NCBI GenBank assembly: GCA_043808285.1
Contig: JAZDFA010000015.1
Coordinates: forward strand, 46,085 to 110,084
Direction: 5' to 3'
Source: an archaeon
GTDB taxonomy: Archaea > Nanobdellota > Nanobdellia > Pacearchaeales > DTIR01
DNA length: 64,000 nt
The notes below the pieces were generated by a model. That model was not told the origin of the DNA, did not search any database, and saw nothing but the letters and a program-made list of their open reading frames with translations. The stretch's first letter is position 1. The number at the start of each line of letters is the position of its first letter. Shown piece by piece: positions 9,771-19,368 of the stretch. Both the position numbers and the translations under genes were made by a program.

Positions 9771-10730
9771 ATGACAAAATCATTTATAACAGGAATATCT
9801 GGATTTGCCGGAAGCCATCTTACAGAACTACTTTTGAAAGAAGGGCACGAGGTTACTGGTTTTTTAAGACCTAGAAGCGATATAGATAATATTAAACATT
9901 TACAAAAAGACATAATGCTGTTAGATGGAGATATTCTTGATCCTCATTCTATTGAACTGGCAATAAACGAAGCTCAACCAGATTATGTTTTTCATCTTGC
10001 AGGGCAAAGCTTTGTGCCTCAGTCATGGAGAGCTCCTGCAAACACAATGGAAATAAATGCGGTGGGCACTATAAATTTGCTTGAAGCAATAAAAAAACAA
10101 ACTTCTAAAAAAATAAGAGTCCAGATTGCTGGCAGTTCAGAGGAGTATGGTTATGTGTCTCCAGAAGAGATACCCATAAAAGAAACAAACCCTCTAAGAC
10201 CTCAATCTCCATATGGAGTAAGCAAGGTTGCAGAAGACTTATTGGCAGTGCAATACCATCGTTCATATGGCATAGAAACAATAGTTACTAGGGGATTTAA
10301 TCATGAAGGCCCTAGAAGGGGAAAAGATTTTGTAACAAGCACTTTTGCAAGACAGATTGTAGAAATAGAAAGAGGCAGGGAGCCTATTATCTATGTGGGG
10401 AATTTAAATGCTAAAAGAGATTTCACCGATGTAAGGGATATGGTAAGGGGGTATTTATGCGCAGTAGAAAAAGGTAAAGCTGGCGAACAGTATAATCTAT
10501 GTTCTAATAAGGCGCATTCAATCCAGGAGATGTTAGATATTATGCTAAGCTACTCTAATATGAAAGATAAAATAGAGATTAAACAAGACCCTAAAAGAAT
10601 GAGACCCAGCGATGTTCCTCTGCTTTATGGCTCATATGAAAAATTCAAAAAAGAAACAGGATGGGAACCAGAGATACCATTGGAAAAAACATTAAAAGAT
10701 TTACTTGATTATTGGAGAGAAAAGAGATAA
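9771..10730 (+). CDS. GDP-mannose 4,6-dehydratase / GDP-4-keto-6-deoxymannose reductase family SDR (Gmd/Rmd-like)
   Basis: ITGISGFAGSHLTELLLKEGHEVTG glycine-rich NAD(P) motif and overall similarity to Gmd/Rmd extended SDRs. Confidence 0.65.
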   Translation: MTKSFITGISGFAGSHLTELLLKEGHEVTGFLRPRSDIDNIKHLQKDIMLLDGDILDPHSIELAINEAQPDYVFHLAGQSFVPQSWRAPANTMEINAVGTINLLEAIKKQTSKKIRVQIAGSSEEYGYVSPEEIPIKETNPLRPQSPYGVSKVAEDLLAVQYHRSYGIETIVTRGFNHEGPRRGKDFVTSTFARQIVEIERGREPIIYVGNLNAKRDFTDVRDMVRGYLCAVEKGKAGEQYNLCSNKAHSIQEMLDIMLSYSNMKDKIEIKQDPKRMRPSDVPLLYGSYEKFKKETGWEPEIPLEKTLKDLLDYWREKR

Positions 10731-10894
10731 GTAACCAGGATTGGACCAGACAACGCACCACTTCTTTTGATTTTAGCGAGATTTAATCGTAACATTCTTG
10801 AGTGTAACAAAAGATTTCCAACAAGAGCTAATTTTATAAAATCAAAAAGTTGCTGAGTTTACCACACCCTAAAGGGCGTGGTTTGTGTGCAACT

Positions 10895-10963
10895 TTAGGA
10901 TGCTCAAGAACACGCGACTACACACTTCAAGTGTGTAGTTTTGGTCAAGTGTTCTTGACATAA
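10895..10963. repeat. Right copy of the repeated structured element (core TTAGGATGCTCAAGAACACGCGACTACACAC, perfect 9-bp hairpin ACTACACAC-TTCAA-GTGTGTAGT, palindrome GTCAAGTGTTCTTGACATAA)
   Basis: Directly compared with the 9580-9692 copy. Confidence 0.6.
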
Positions 10964-11062
10964 TAAAACAATATTTTAATATGGACTATGTTAAAAAACT
11001 AATTGAAAAAACAAAAAACCTCAAACAATTCTCTACAGTTATGGGCTTTGTTAAATTTTAAA

Positions 11063-12577
11063 TTATGGGAGGATAATTTCTTTAGAAAATAAACAAGTAT
11101 CTTTATTCATAATTTTGGGATTATATCCACAAACTTTTAAAGTAACACAATCTTGGTTATACCCTATTATCTCTTCAATCTTGAATTTATTTGCAAGATA
11201 AGTAAAGTTCTTGCAGTCTTTTTCTTTCAAGAATTTGTCTAAAGATTGTAAATCATTTATATAATCTGGGGGAGCAACAACAGGATTCCAACCATCAGGA
11301 GTAGAAAGATTGTAGTATATCTGTCCATAAGAATAAAATGCAAGAGGAGAGGTAGGATATGGCATGCTCATAATCCAAAATTTGTCATTTATGCTTATAT
11401 TTGGTAAAATAGAAAGTATTTCTTTATCTACTTCATTATGGACTCTAAAATTAGAGATAACTAATTGTGATGAAACTATAAATCCAATTGGCAGGAGAAT
11501 AAGAGCCAGTTTAATTAATTTGCTTATGCCCTTACCATAAGAATTATGTGGAGTTTTTAATAAAAACAAAAATCCCAAGAAAATGAAAAGCATGTGATAA
11601 GAATCAGGATAGGCTTTATTGATAACTGGGATAAATGCTGCAACCCTTATGAAATAAAGGAAGCTTATAACAAGAGGCACTGTATAAAAAGCAATCTCTT
11701 TTTTTAGCAATTCCCTTTCATTTCTAATACTCTTAAAATAAAAGAGAGCAGTAAAAAATAGGAATAAAGGGACTATAAAGGAAAACACCAAGTCATAAAA
11801 AAAAGTCCTATTGAATACCAGCAGCCTATCCAGCCCGGTTAGAGTGCCTAATAGAGTATGAATTGAGCTTGTTATAAAAGGAAAAAGCCAAAAAGAGGTT
11901 ATTAGTAAAGATATCGCGAAAGATAAAGCAATCATTAATCTTTCTTTTTTATTTTTCAAAATAAAAATTCCAGGAATAAAAAAGGTAGAGAATATCAACC
12001 ACGAAGGTTGTGTGAATATAAGCGAGGAGTAAATTAAAGTAAAAAGCAAGAATCCTGAGAAAGTGATTCTATTGTCTTTAAAGTAAAGAAGCAACGCAAA
12101 GAAGGCAATAAATAAAGTTAATCCAGATAACTCTGGCAATCTGCCAAGTTTAATAAAGTTCCCTATCGCTATTGGATTGGCATAAAAAACAAGATAAAAG
12201 AAAATTGTTTTCGTTATAGAAATTTTTTGCAATTTTCCAACAATAAAGAAAAAAATTAAACCAACCAGATATATAAGAAGATGAGATATAAAAGTAGCCA
12301 CTAATATATTTTCCACTAAATTGTAAATAGGCAGGGTAAAGAAAAACCATCCGGGAGGATATGTAAGAAAAGAGATAAATCCATTATACCAGTTAGGAAC
12401 TAGTTTATGGAAACCATACTGTTTCAATTGATTCAACTGCCCTATATAACTGCTTAGATCATTATTATGATCAAGGGGAAACTGGCTCATTATCTGTGAC
12501 TGATCAAGTATCCTGAATACAAAAAATGCAGCCAAAAGTATTATTGGAATCAAAAGCCACTTGTCAAACTTATCCAT
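11063..12577 (-). CDS. Polytopic integral membrane protein, possibly GT-C glycosyltransferase or Wzy-like polymerase
   Basis: 504 aa with more than 10 predicted hydrophobic helices, inside the glycan island; no diagnostic motif recognised. Confidence 0.4.
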   Translation of the reverse strand: MDKFDKWLLIPIILLAAFFVFRILDQSQIMSQFPLDHNNDLSSYIGQLNQLKQYGFHKLVPNWYNGFISFLTYPPGWFFFTLPIYNLVENILVATFISHLLIYLVGLIFFFIVGKLQKISITKTIFFYLVFYANPIAIGNFIKLGRLPELSGLTLFIAFFALLLYFKDNRITFSGFLLFTLIYSSLIFTQPSWLIFSTFFIPGIFILKNKKERLMIALSFAISLLITSFWLFPFITSSIHTLLGTLTGLDRLLVFNRTFFYDLVFSFIVPLFLFFTALFYFKSIRNERELLKKEIAFYTVPLVISFLYFIRVAAFIPVINKAYPDSYHMLFIFLGFLFLLKTPHNSYGKGISKLIKLALILLPIGFIVSSQLVISNFRVHNEVDKEILSILPNISINDKFWIMSMPYPTSPLAFYSYGQIYYNLSTPDGWNPVVAPPDYINDLQSLDKFLKEKDCKNFTYLANKFKIEEIIGYNQDCVTLKVCGYNPKIMNKDTCLFSKEIILP

Positions 12578-12810
12578 TTTATGTTTGTTATTTATATTCT
12601 TTTTAAATTTTCTGTTATCTGCTTATGATTAATTTAACCAAATGAATGTCTTTTTTGAAATTCCTTTTACTAAAATTAAAATTGCAAATATTAACCATCT
12701 ATCTTTTATTTTCATTTTCTATATCTAGAGATATTTAAATAATTATTAGATATTACAAACAAGTCTAATAAAAGTATTCTAATATACAAAATTACTGAAA
12801 ATTTTTTATA

Positions 12811-14277
12811 TTAATCATTTTTAAAAAGAGATTTTTTAAGTTTCATTCCCAAAATTAAAAAATTTTTCAATCCAATTTTAGTTGTCTTAAGAGTAAAAAA
12901 GGAATAATTTATTTGGGAAATAAAATCAAAAAATTTGTTGGATGGAATTTTTATTATTTGTTTAATTAAAGGTAACAAAAAAGGAAATCTGACAGATAAA
13001 GAAAAAAATCGTTGTAAATTAATAATTTTATTGATATCCTTCATTTTTAAAGGAGTTTTTCCGAGTTGATATGAATTTCCAAAATCAGCTAATTTGAAAT
13101 CTTTTTTTAAAAAACCATTTTTTATAGCATCTTCTGCAATAAGGGTTTTAGGATATATTCTTAATACAGAACACCATGCAAAATCTGGTTTTAATTTTAT
13201 ATTGAATTCTATTGTTTCCAAAGCATTTTCTAAGGTTTCTTCTGGAATCCCAACCATGTTATATGTTTTGAGATATATTCTATATTTTTTGATTATCTTG
13301 CATGCATTTATTATAACATCATTTGATAAATTTTTATTTAATAATACATTTCTTATATGCTCATTTCCACTTTCAACGCCTAAAGCAATCGTGACGCAAT
13401 TGGCTTCTTTTAGGTGTTTAACAATATCCTCATCTATCAAATCTGCTCTAACTTCACAATTAAAGGGGAGATTTATTTCTTTTTTATATATCCTAAGAAA
13501 ATTTTTTAACCATTTTTTATCTAAAATAAATAAATCATCGTATATCATTAAACTTGAAAGTCCGAATTTTTCTTTAACATATTTTATTTCCTCAATCACT
13601 TTTTTAACACTTTTTTTTCTTACATATTTACCTTTTCCATAATAAAATTTCATAAATTCACTATTAAAACAAAAACTACAATTATATGGGCACCCCCTAA
13701 AAAAAACAAAATCCTTGCTTAGCTGATTTTTTAAAAATTCATATTTATAATAAATAGTCCTATCTGGAATAGGTAATTTATCTAAATCCTCTATTAAATT
13801 CCTGATTTCATTCTTAAAAATTTTATTATTATTTTTAATCCATAAATTTTTAATATTTATAATCTCTTCTCCTTTTTCTAATCTATTTAATAATTCGGTA
13901 ATTGCCCCCTCCCCCTCACCTAAACATATAATATCTACATAATCTTTATTGATTACCTCATCTGGATAAAAAGTTACATAAGGCCCCCCAAATATAATTA
14001 AGGATTTAACTTCTTTTTTAATTTTTTTTGCTAAATCAATCTCTTTTCTTTCTAATCCGGCAATTACTGAAAATCCAATTAAATCTGGCTGAATTTTTTT
14101 TAATTGTTCAATCAAATTTTTTTCTTCTGATGCTATAAATAAATCAACCTTATGACCTGATTTCTTTAAGCATGCTGACATACTCATTATACCAACTCTT
14201 GTAAATGGATCTGATTGTATAAATACTATTTTCATTTTATTTTCCATCTGTCGCAATAGAAACATTTTGAATTGCAT
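12811..14277 (-). CDS. B12-binding-domain radical SAM enzyme (class B)
   Basis: N-terminal B12-binding-like region (KIVFIQSDPF...GFSV) and CPYNCSFCFN radical SAM motif. Real start may be the internal MKIVFIQ Met near 14235. Confidence 0.8.
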   Translation of the reverse strand: MQFKMFLLRQMENKMKIVFIQSDPFTRVGIMSMSACLKKSGHKVDLFIASEEKNLIEQLKKIQPDLIGFSVIAGLERKEIDLAKKIKKEVKSLIIFGGPYVTFYPDEVINKDYVDIICLGEGEGAITELLNRLEKGEEIINIKNLWIKNNNKIFKNEIRNLIEDLDKLPIPDRTIYYKYEFLKNQLSKDFVFFRGCPYNCSFCFNSEFMKFYYGKGKYVRKKSVKKVIEEIKYVKEKFGLSSLMIYDDLFILDKKWLKNFLRIYKKEINLPFNCEVRADLIDEDIVKHLKEANCVTIALGVESGNEHIRNVLLNKNLSNDVIINACKIIKKYRIYLKTYNMVGIPEETLENALETIEFNIKLKPDFAWCSVLRIYPKTLIAEDAIKNGFLKKDFKLADFGNSYQLGKTPLKMKDINKIINLQRFFSLSVRFPFLLPLIKQIIKIPSNKFFDFISQINYSFFTLKTTKIGLKNFLILGMKLKKSLFKND

Positions 14278-14465
14278 TTAAAGGTTATATCAAAAGCCAC
14301 AAATAATGGACCTCTTGGCAGAGGTCTGTTTGAGATATAGAACAAGGAATTTGCAAATAAGGTGGCAGATCCTCTGATAAAACTAGAGCCATATCTCCCC
14401 CATATATCATTCGCTTCCAGTATTGTCTTAAGAAAGGACATTTTAATAAAGTAGTATCGATTCAC
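14232..14465 (-). pseudogene. Remnant N-terminus of a radical SAM (SPASM-type) paralog
   Basis: 77-aa ORF ending ...FDITFKCNSKCFYCDRWKIK* matches the N-terminus of the 19369 SPASM enzyme (LKTIL..., CNYRCKYCNSY) but stops just after the CxxxCxxC motif. Overlaps the start of the downstream B12-rSAM. Confidence 0.4.
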
Positions 14466-14758
14466 CCTAAAACTCTAGACATTTTATATAGTTTTCTATG
14501 GCTTTTTGGCTTTTTAGTAAGCTTTAAATAATAAGCCTTTTTTAGAGAAGTTAATCGCTTTTTCGATTAAAAGAAATCTGATAAACCGCTTTATTCTGAA
14601 AAACTAGTAGGGCATAGGAATCCATACCACTCCATTCTATAATCTCTTATTTTATCTGGTATATTTATAATACTGCTGATAAATTATATTATAACTAAAA
14701 GAACTAAAATAGAACAGGAAGTCACAAGATTTAAAAGAAGAAGGCATACATTATTTTT

Positions 14759-15592
14759 ATGAATAAGATAAGAATCGGAGTAATTCCTGCAGCTGGAAAG
14801 GGAGGTAGAATAAGTCCTCTTTCTAAGATACTCCCAAAACCAATGATCCCAGTATTAGATCAGCCTATTCTAGAATTTGTAATAAAAAGAATGGTATATG
14901 AATTTGGCATTGAAGAAGTGTATCTTATAGTTGGCCATATGTCTGATGTTATAAAAAATTATTTTAAAGATGGAAAAGAAATAGGTATAAAGATAAAGTA
15001 TGTATACCAAAACGATCCCAAGGGTATCGCCCAGGCCATAGGCCTAACTGAAAAATACATAAAAGAGCCATTTATGGTTATGTTGGGGGATGATTTTACA
15101 ATAGGATCTACAAAAGAATTAATGAACACTTTCTTCAAAAAAAATGCTTATGTTGTAGAGGCGATGATTAATGAAGAAGACAAAACAACACTAAAAAGAA
15201 CTTGCTGCGCTAGAATAAATAATGAAAAAAAGATAGAAGAGATTATAGAAAAACCAAAAAATCCTATATCAAATATACGGGGTTGCGGCATTTATATTTT
15301 TGACCCCATAGTATTTGATTATCTGAAAAAAATGCCTGCAAGTGCTGAAGAAAAAGGGATAACCGAAATTATAAGAGAGATTTCAAAAGACGGAAAGGCA
15401 TATGGGGAGCTATTAAAAGGTGTTAATGTGAATATAAACACAAAAGAAGATCTCTTTTTAGCAAATCTTATTCTTGCGCATATACTTGAAAAAGAAAAAA
15501 AGATAGATATGGAAAAAATTAAAAGATTCTTGGAAAGAAAATACAATGAGAATAATAACAGTTTTTTTAAAAAGATGGGAATTATAAAGTAA
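14759..15592 (+). CDS. Sugar-1-phosphate nucleotidyltransferase (RmlA/GlmU N-terminal-like)
   Basis: GVIPAAGKGGRISPLSKILPKPMIPV signature. Confidence 0.8.
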   Translation: MNKIRIGVIPAAGKGGRISPLSKILPKPMIPVLDQPILEFVIKRMVYEFGIEEVYLIVGHMSDVIKNYFKDGKEIGIKIKYVYQNDPKGIAQAIGLTEKYIKEPFMVMLGDDFTIGSTKELMNTFFKKNAYVVEAMINEEDKTTLKRTCCARINNEKKIEEIIEKPKNPISNIRGCGIYIFDPIVFDYLKKMPASAEEKGITEIIREISKDGKAYGELLKGVNVNINTKEDLFLANLILAHILEKEKKIDMEKIKRFLERKYNENNNSFFKKMGIIK

Positions 15593-15625
15593 GGTGTACT
15601 AACAAAAAAATAAGCGGGAGATGCC

Positions 15626-16267
15626 ATGAAATCAAAAAAAACAATTTATTTAGATAATGAAAAGAGAGAAGAAATGATGGCAGATCTGGAGCCTCATAAA
15701 GGTTGTTATTATTCAAAAAATCCTTTGCAAAAGAAGCTCCACTGGGAGAGAGTAAGGAATATAAAAAAATTATGCGGAGTGATAAAGGACAAAAAGATAT
15801 TAGATGTGGGAACTGGGGATGGATTCATGCTTAGAGAGCTAAAATGCAAAAAGCTCTATGCTATTGACATTTCAAAAAAAAGATGTATGCGAGCTAGAAA
15901 AATTGTGCCACATGCAAATATTTCCATACAGGATATGCACAAAACAAACTTTAAAGATAATTCTTTTGACGGGATTATATGTGCAGATGTACTGGAACAT
16001 GTGACTAACATAGATATTGCAATAAAAGAGCTTCTAAGAATAACAAAAAAAGGAGGGTTCATTGTTGTATGTGTACCAAACCAAATAGTCTATCTTATAT
16101 TAAGGGCAATTTTTTTAAAATTCCCATTAAATCCAGACCATATAAACTCTATAACTCCTAACTCTATAATCCGGCTATTCAAGTTAAAACCTATTAAATC
16201 ATGCAATATCCCTAACTTTTCCTATCCCTTTTGCATAAATCAATTATACAAGTTTACAAAAATGTAA
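15626..16267 (+). CDS. Class I SAM-dependent methyltransferase
   Basis: ILDVGTGDGFMLREL motif I and ADVLEHV post-I region. Confidence 0.7.
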   Translation: MKSKKTIYLDNEKREEMMADLEPHKGCYYSKNPLQKKLHWERVRNIKKLCGVIKDKKILDVGTGDGFMLRELKCKKLYAIDISKKRCMRARKIVPHANISIQDMHKTNFKDNSFDGIICADVLEHVTNIDIAIKELLRITKKGGFIVVCVPNQIVYLILRAIFLKFPLNPDHINSITPNSIIRLFKLKPIKSCNIPNFSYPFCINQLYKFTKM

Positions 16268-16285
16268 AAAGACTGGAGCTAAAAA

Positions 16286-17905
16286 TTAAAAACAGCTATA
16301 TACAAAATAAATCCCAAACTTTTCTCTTATAGTACAATTAGTGATTATATAATCATGAACTAGTGGGGCATATTCAGAAAATAGTACATTGTCTAATGGC
16401 CATCCATGTCCATAGATTATAAATTTTGGTTTATTTTTTTCTAGTGTATTTATAATATCTATCTGGTCTTCTGTGTCATGATGTCCTGGTAAAAATACTG
16501 GATATTTAACTGGGGTGTCTCTATCAGTCAAAAAATAAAACATTGATTCATAAGGAACTGCGAATATGTAATCTCCTTTGCGAGTATTATTTTCTATAAA
16601 TAAAACAGTATTTCTTATATCTTCTGCAGGGGTAGTCCTAGAATAGATGTCTTTAGCTCTGTCAAGATTCAATTTTCCATATTGCGCTTTATTCTTTAAG
16701 ATTAGAAAATTGGACTCCTGGGAATTTAATATAAAGTTTATAACCAATTGTCCGTATATCATCAGAATAAACAAGATAAATATGCAAAAAAATGTGAGGA
16801 TTCTTTTCCCGAAATTACTCTTGATTTTCAAATAAATGTCTCTTAATATTGGACCGCTTAGCATGATAGCTGGAATCATTGTCTGGAGAAGATCTGGTAG
16901 CTCAAATCTTGCGATAGTTCTCATAAAAGAGATCAAACCAAAAACAAGCAAGATAAGACAAGAATAGTCTCCTTCACAATTATTTTTAAAGGACTCTTTA
17001 AATCTTTTAAAAGAGAGTATATAAATAACTAACAGATAAAAGAATACAAGATACAAAAATAATGTATTTACTAAATAGACTAGTGCATGCAGAGACTGTA
17101 ATTTTATAAAATCCTTAAAATAAAAGATTATATCTGGGGGAGAAAATCCCATTGTCTTGGGATAAACTGCCAAAGGATAGTAAACTAAATAATAAAAAAA
17201 TTGTTTAATTGCATCATTTTTATAAAAGAAATAAATAATAGGTAAAATAACTACTAAAATACCCATTACAAAGAATAAAAGATGATAAAAAATATTTTTC
17301 TTCATACTAATTTTATTAAGATTAACTCTCGCAGTATAGATTCTATAAAGAATAAAAAAGAACACAGAAACAAATAACGCCGCCCCATACTCTTGAGAGA
17401 CCATAGTTGAAAAGCCTACTAAAAACCCTATCATAAAGGAGTGCCAATAAATCTTCTTGTTATTCTTAAAATTAAATAAATCAAAGATTATTGCAAAAAG
17501 AATAGCAATATAAGGAAATAGTAATCTTTCATTTTTAAGTGAAGTAAAAAAGATATAAAGAAGAGAAGATGCTAAAGAGAATGAGATCTTATTTGTAATC
17601 TTCAGAGTTATCAAAAATATAACTACTGCTAAAAGTGAACCAATTAAGAGATAATAAAGTCTCTCGACAAAAATATTGAATCCAAACATCTTCATAAAAA
17701 AACCAGGCAAATAAAATTGTCCGGGGGCATGGCCAAATGAAACAAAATCTCTAAATAACACCTTCCCCTCCATTACTTGTTTAGCGCCATATGCATAGTA
17801 CCCTTCACCCAGCATACTTATACCATAGGGCAAAAAATAGAGATAATAAAAAAAAGATAAAGAAAAAATAAATATTGCAATTGCAAAAAGAGATAATTTC
17901 TTCAT
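16286..17905 (-). CDS. Polytopic membrane protein with C-terminal soluble domain, GT-C (PMT/ArnT)-like candidate
   Basis: Many TM helices; EGYYAYGAKQVMEGKVLFRDF first-loop region; C-terminal ~150 aa hydrophilic. Start set at the internal Met (17903-17905) to avoid overlapping the divergent DPM-like gene; the track ORF runs to 18004. Confidence 0.4.
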   Translation of the reverse strand: MKKLSLFAIAIFIFSLSFFYYLYFLPYGISMLGEGYYAYGAKQVMEGKVLFRDFVSFGHAPGQFYLPGFFMKMFGFNIFVERLYYLLIGSLLAVVIFLITLKITNKISFSLASSLLYIFFTSLKNERLLFPYIAILFAIIFDLFNFKNNKKIYWHSFMIGFLVGFSTMVSQEYGAALFVSVFFFILYRIYTARVNLNKISMKKNIFYHLLFFVMGILVVILPIIYFFYKNDAIKQFFYYLVYYPLAVYPKTMGFSPPDIIFYFKDFIKLQSLHALVYLVNTLFLYLVFFYLLVIYILSFKRFKESFKNNCEGDYSCLILLVFGLISFMRTIARFELPDLLQTMIPAIMLSGPILRDIYLKIKSNFGKRILTFFCIFILFILMIYGQLVINFILNSQESNFLILKNKAQYGKLNLDRAKDIYSRTTPAEDIRNTVLFIENNTRKGDYIFAVPYESMFYFLTDRDTPVKYPVFLPGHHDTEDQIDIINTLEKNKPKFIIYGHGWPLDNVLFSEYAPLVHDYIITNCTIREKFGIYFVYSCF

Positions 17906-17958
17906 ACTAAAATTAATACCACAGAAACCTATATAAATATATCCTTCATTTTTGAGAG

Positions 17959-18660
17959 ATGCAACGAAAAATTTCAATTGTAATACCCACTTACAATGAA
18001 GCACTTAACATAAAAATATTAATAAGCGAAATTTTTTCTGAATTAAAAAAAGCAAAAATTAGTGGAGAATTGATCATAGTGGACGATAATAGCCCGGATG
18101 GTACCGGAAAAATTGCTGACAAACTTTCAAAAAAATATAATATCAAAGTTATACATCGGGCCGGCAAATTAGGTTTAGGATCTGCTGTTTCAGAAGGTTT
18201 CAAAAAAGCAAAAAATAAGATTATAGGTGTAATGGATGCTGATCTAAGTCATCCTCCCAAAATAATACCTAAATTAGCAGAACCACTAATAAAAGATGAA
18301 GCAGACTTTGTAATTGGAAGTAGGTATGAACGTGGCGGAGGAATAGAAAAATGGCCCTTGCACAGAAAGATGGTATCGAATATAGCAAAACTTATGTCAA
18401 GACCTCTTACTAATGCTGGCGATCCAATGAGTGGGTTTTTCTTCCTAAAAAAAGACATCTTAAAGGGAGTAAATCTGCAACACAAAGGATATAAAATTTG
18501 TTTAGAGATACTAGTAAAGGCGAAATACAAAAAATTAAAAGAAGTTCCTTATATATTCAGAAACCGAGAAATAGGGCAAAGCAAACTAGGAATTGGAGAA
18601 TACAAGAATTACATAAAAAATCTATTTAGCCTTCTATTATATAAAATAACAAAAAAATGA
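17959..18660 (+). CDS. Dolichyl-phosphate hexose synthase-like GT2 (DPM1/GtrB family)
   Basis: ISIVIPTYNEALNI...VDDNSPDGT...DADLSHPP classic DPM1 motifs. Confidence 0.85.
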   Translation: MQRKISIVIPTYNEALNIKILISEIFSELKKAKISGELIIVDDNSPDGTGKIADKLSKKYNIKVIHRAGKLGLGSAVSEGFKKAKNKIIGVMDADLSHPPKIIPKLAEPLIKDEADFVIGSRYERGGGIEKWPLHRKMVSNIAKLMSRPLTNAGDPMSGFFFLKKDILKGVNLQHKGYKICLEILVKAKYKKLKEVPYIFRNREIGQSKLGIGEYKNYIKNLFSLLLYKITKK

Positions 18661-18670
18661 ATTTTCCTAA

Positions 18671-19339
18671 ATGAAAATGAAGTTTGTGATACCCAAAAGA
18701 GAATTACTTGTCAAATCTTATATTGGAGACTCTGTTGATCTCTATTACTCAAAAATAACTCCTATAAGAAGTATAATACTTTCAAGAGTAACTAAAACGC
18801 TATCTCTATTAAATAAAAAGAGATACAGCAAGATACTAGAGATAGGCGTAGGTTCAGGATTTACTATCCCCTATCTTGCATCAATCTCAAATAAAGTATA
18901 TGCTACCGATATACACTCACTTATTTCTAAATTAGAACCGCTTCTAAGATACTGTAAGATTAATGACAAAGTAGTGTTAAAAAAATGTAGTGCTGAAAAA
19001 ATGCCATTCAAATCAAAAAGTTTTGATGCAATTATAGGCATATCAGTCCTAGAACATCTAAAAAATCCAGAAATAGGTATAAAAGAAATAAAAAGAGTGT
19101 TAAAAAAAGAAGGAGAAGCAGTATTTGGATTCCCAATCGAAAGTATATTAAACAAGATTTTATTTAAGATACTTGAATTAGTCAAAGCCCATGAACCTGG
19201 AGACCACAAACAACATGCTGCAGAGATTATCCAGATACTTGAAAAATACTTTGTTATAGAAAAAATTGAAGACATGCCCAAATTTTTACCAAAGAGTCTA
19301 AGACTTTATAAAATGGTAAGATGCAGAGCAAAAAAATAA
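18671..19339 (+). CDS. Class I SAM-dependent methyltransferase
   Basis: ILEIGVGSGFT motif I and SVLEHLKNP. Confidence 0.7.
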   Translation: MKMKFVIPKRELLVKSYIGDSVDLYYSKITPIRSIILSRVTKTLSLLNKKRYSKILEIGVGSGFTIPYLASISNKVYATDIHSLISKLEPLLRYCKINDKVVLKKCSAEKMPFKSKSFDAIIGISVLEHLKNPEIGIKEIKRVLKKEGEAVFGFPIESILNKILFKILELVKAHEPGDHKQHAAEIIQILEKYFVIEKIEDMPKFLPKSLRLYKMVRCRAKK

Positions 19340-19368
19340 ATTGTAGATCAGTTGAGACATCTTAAAAA

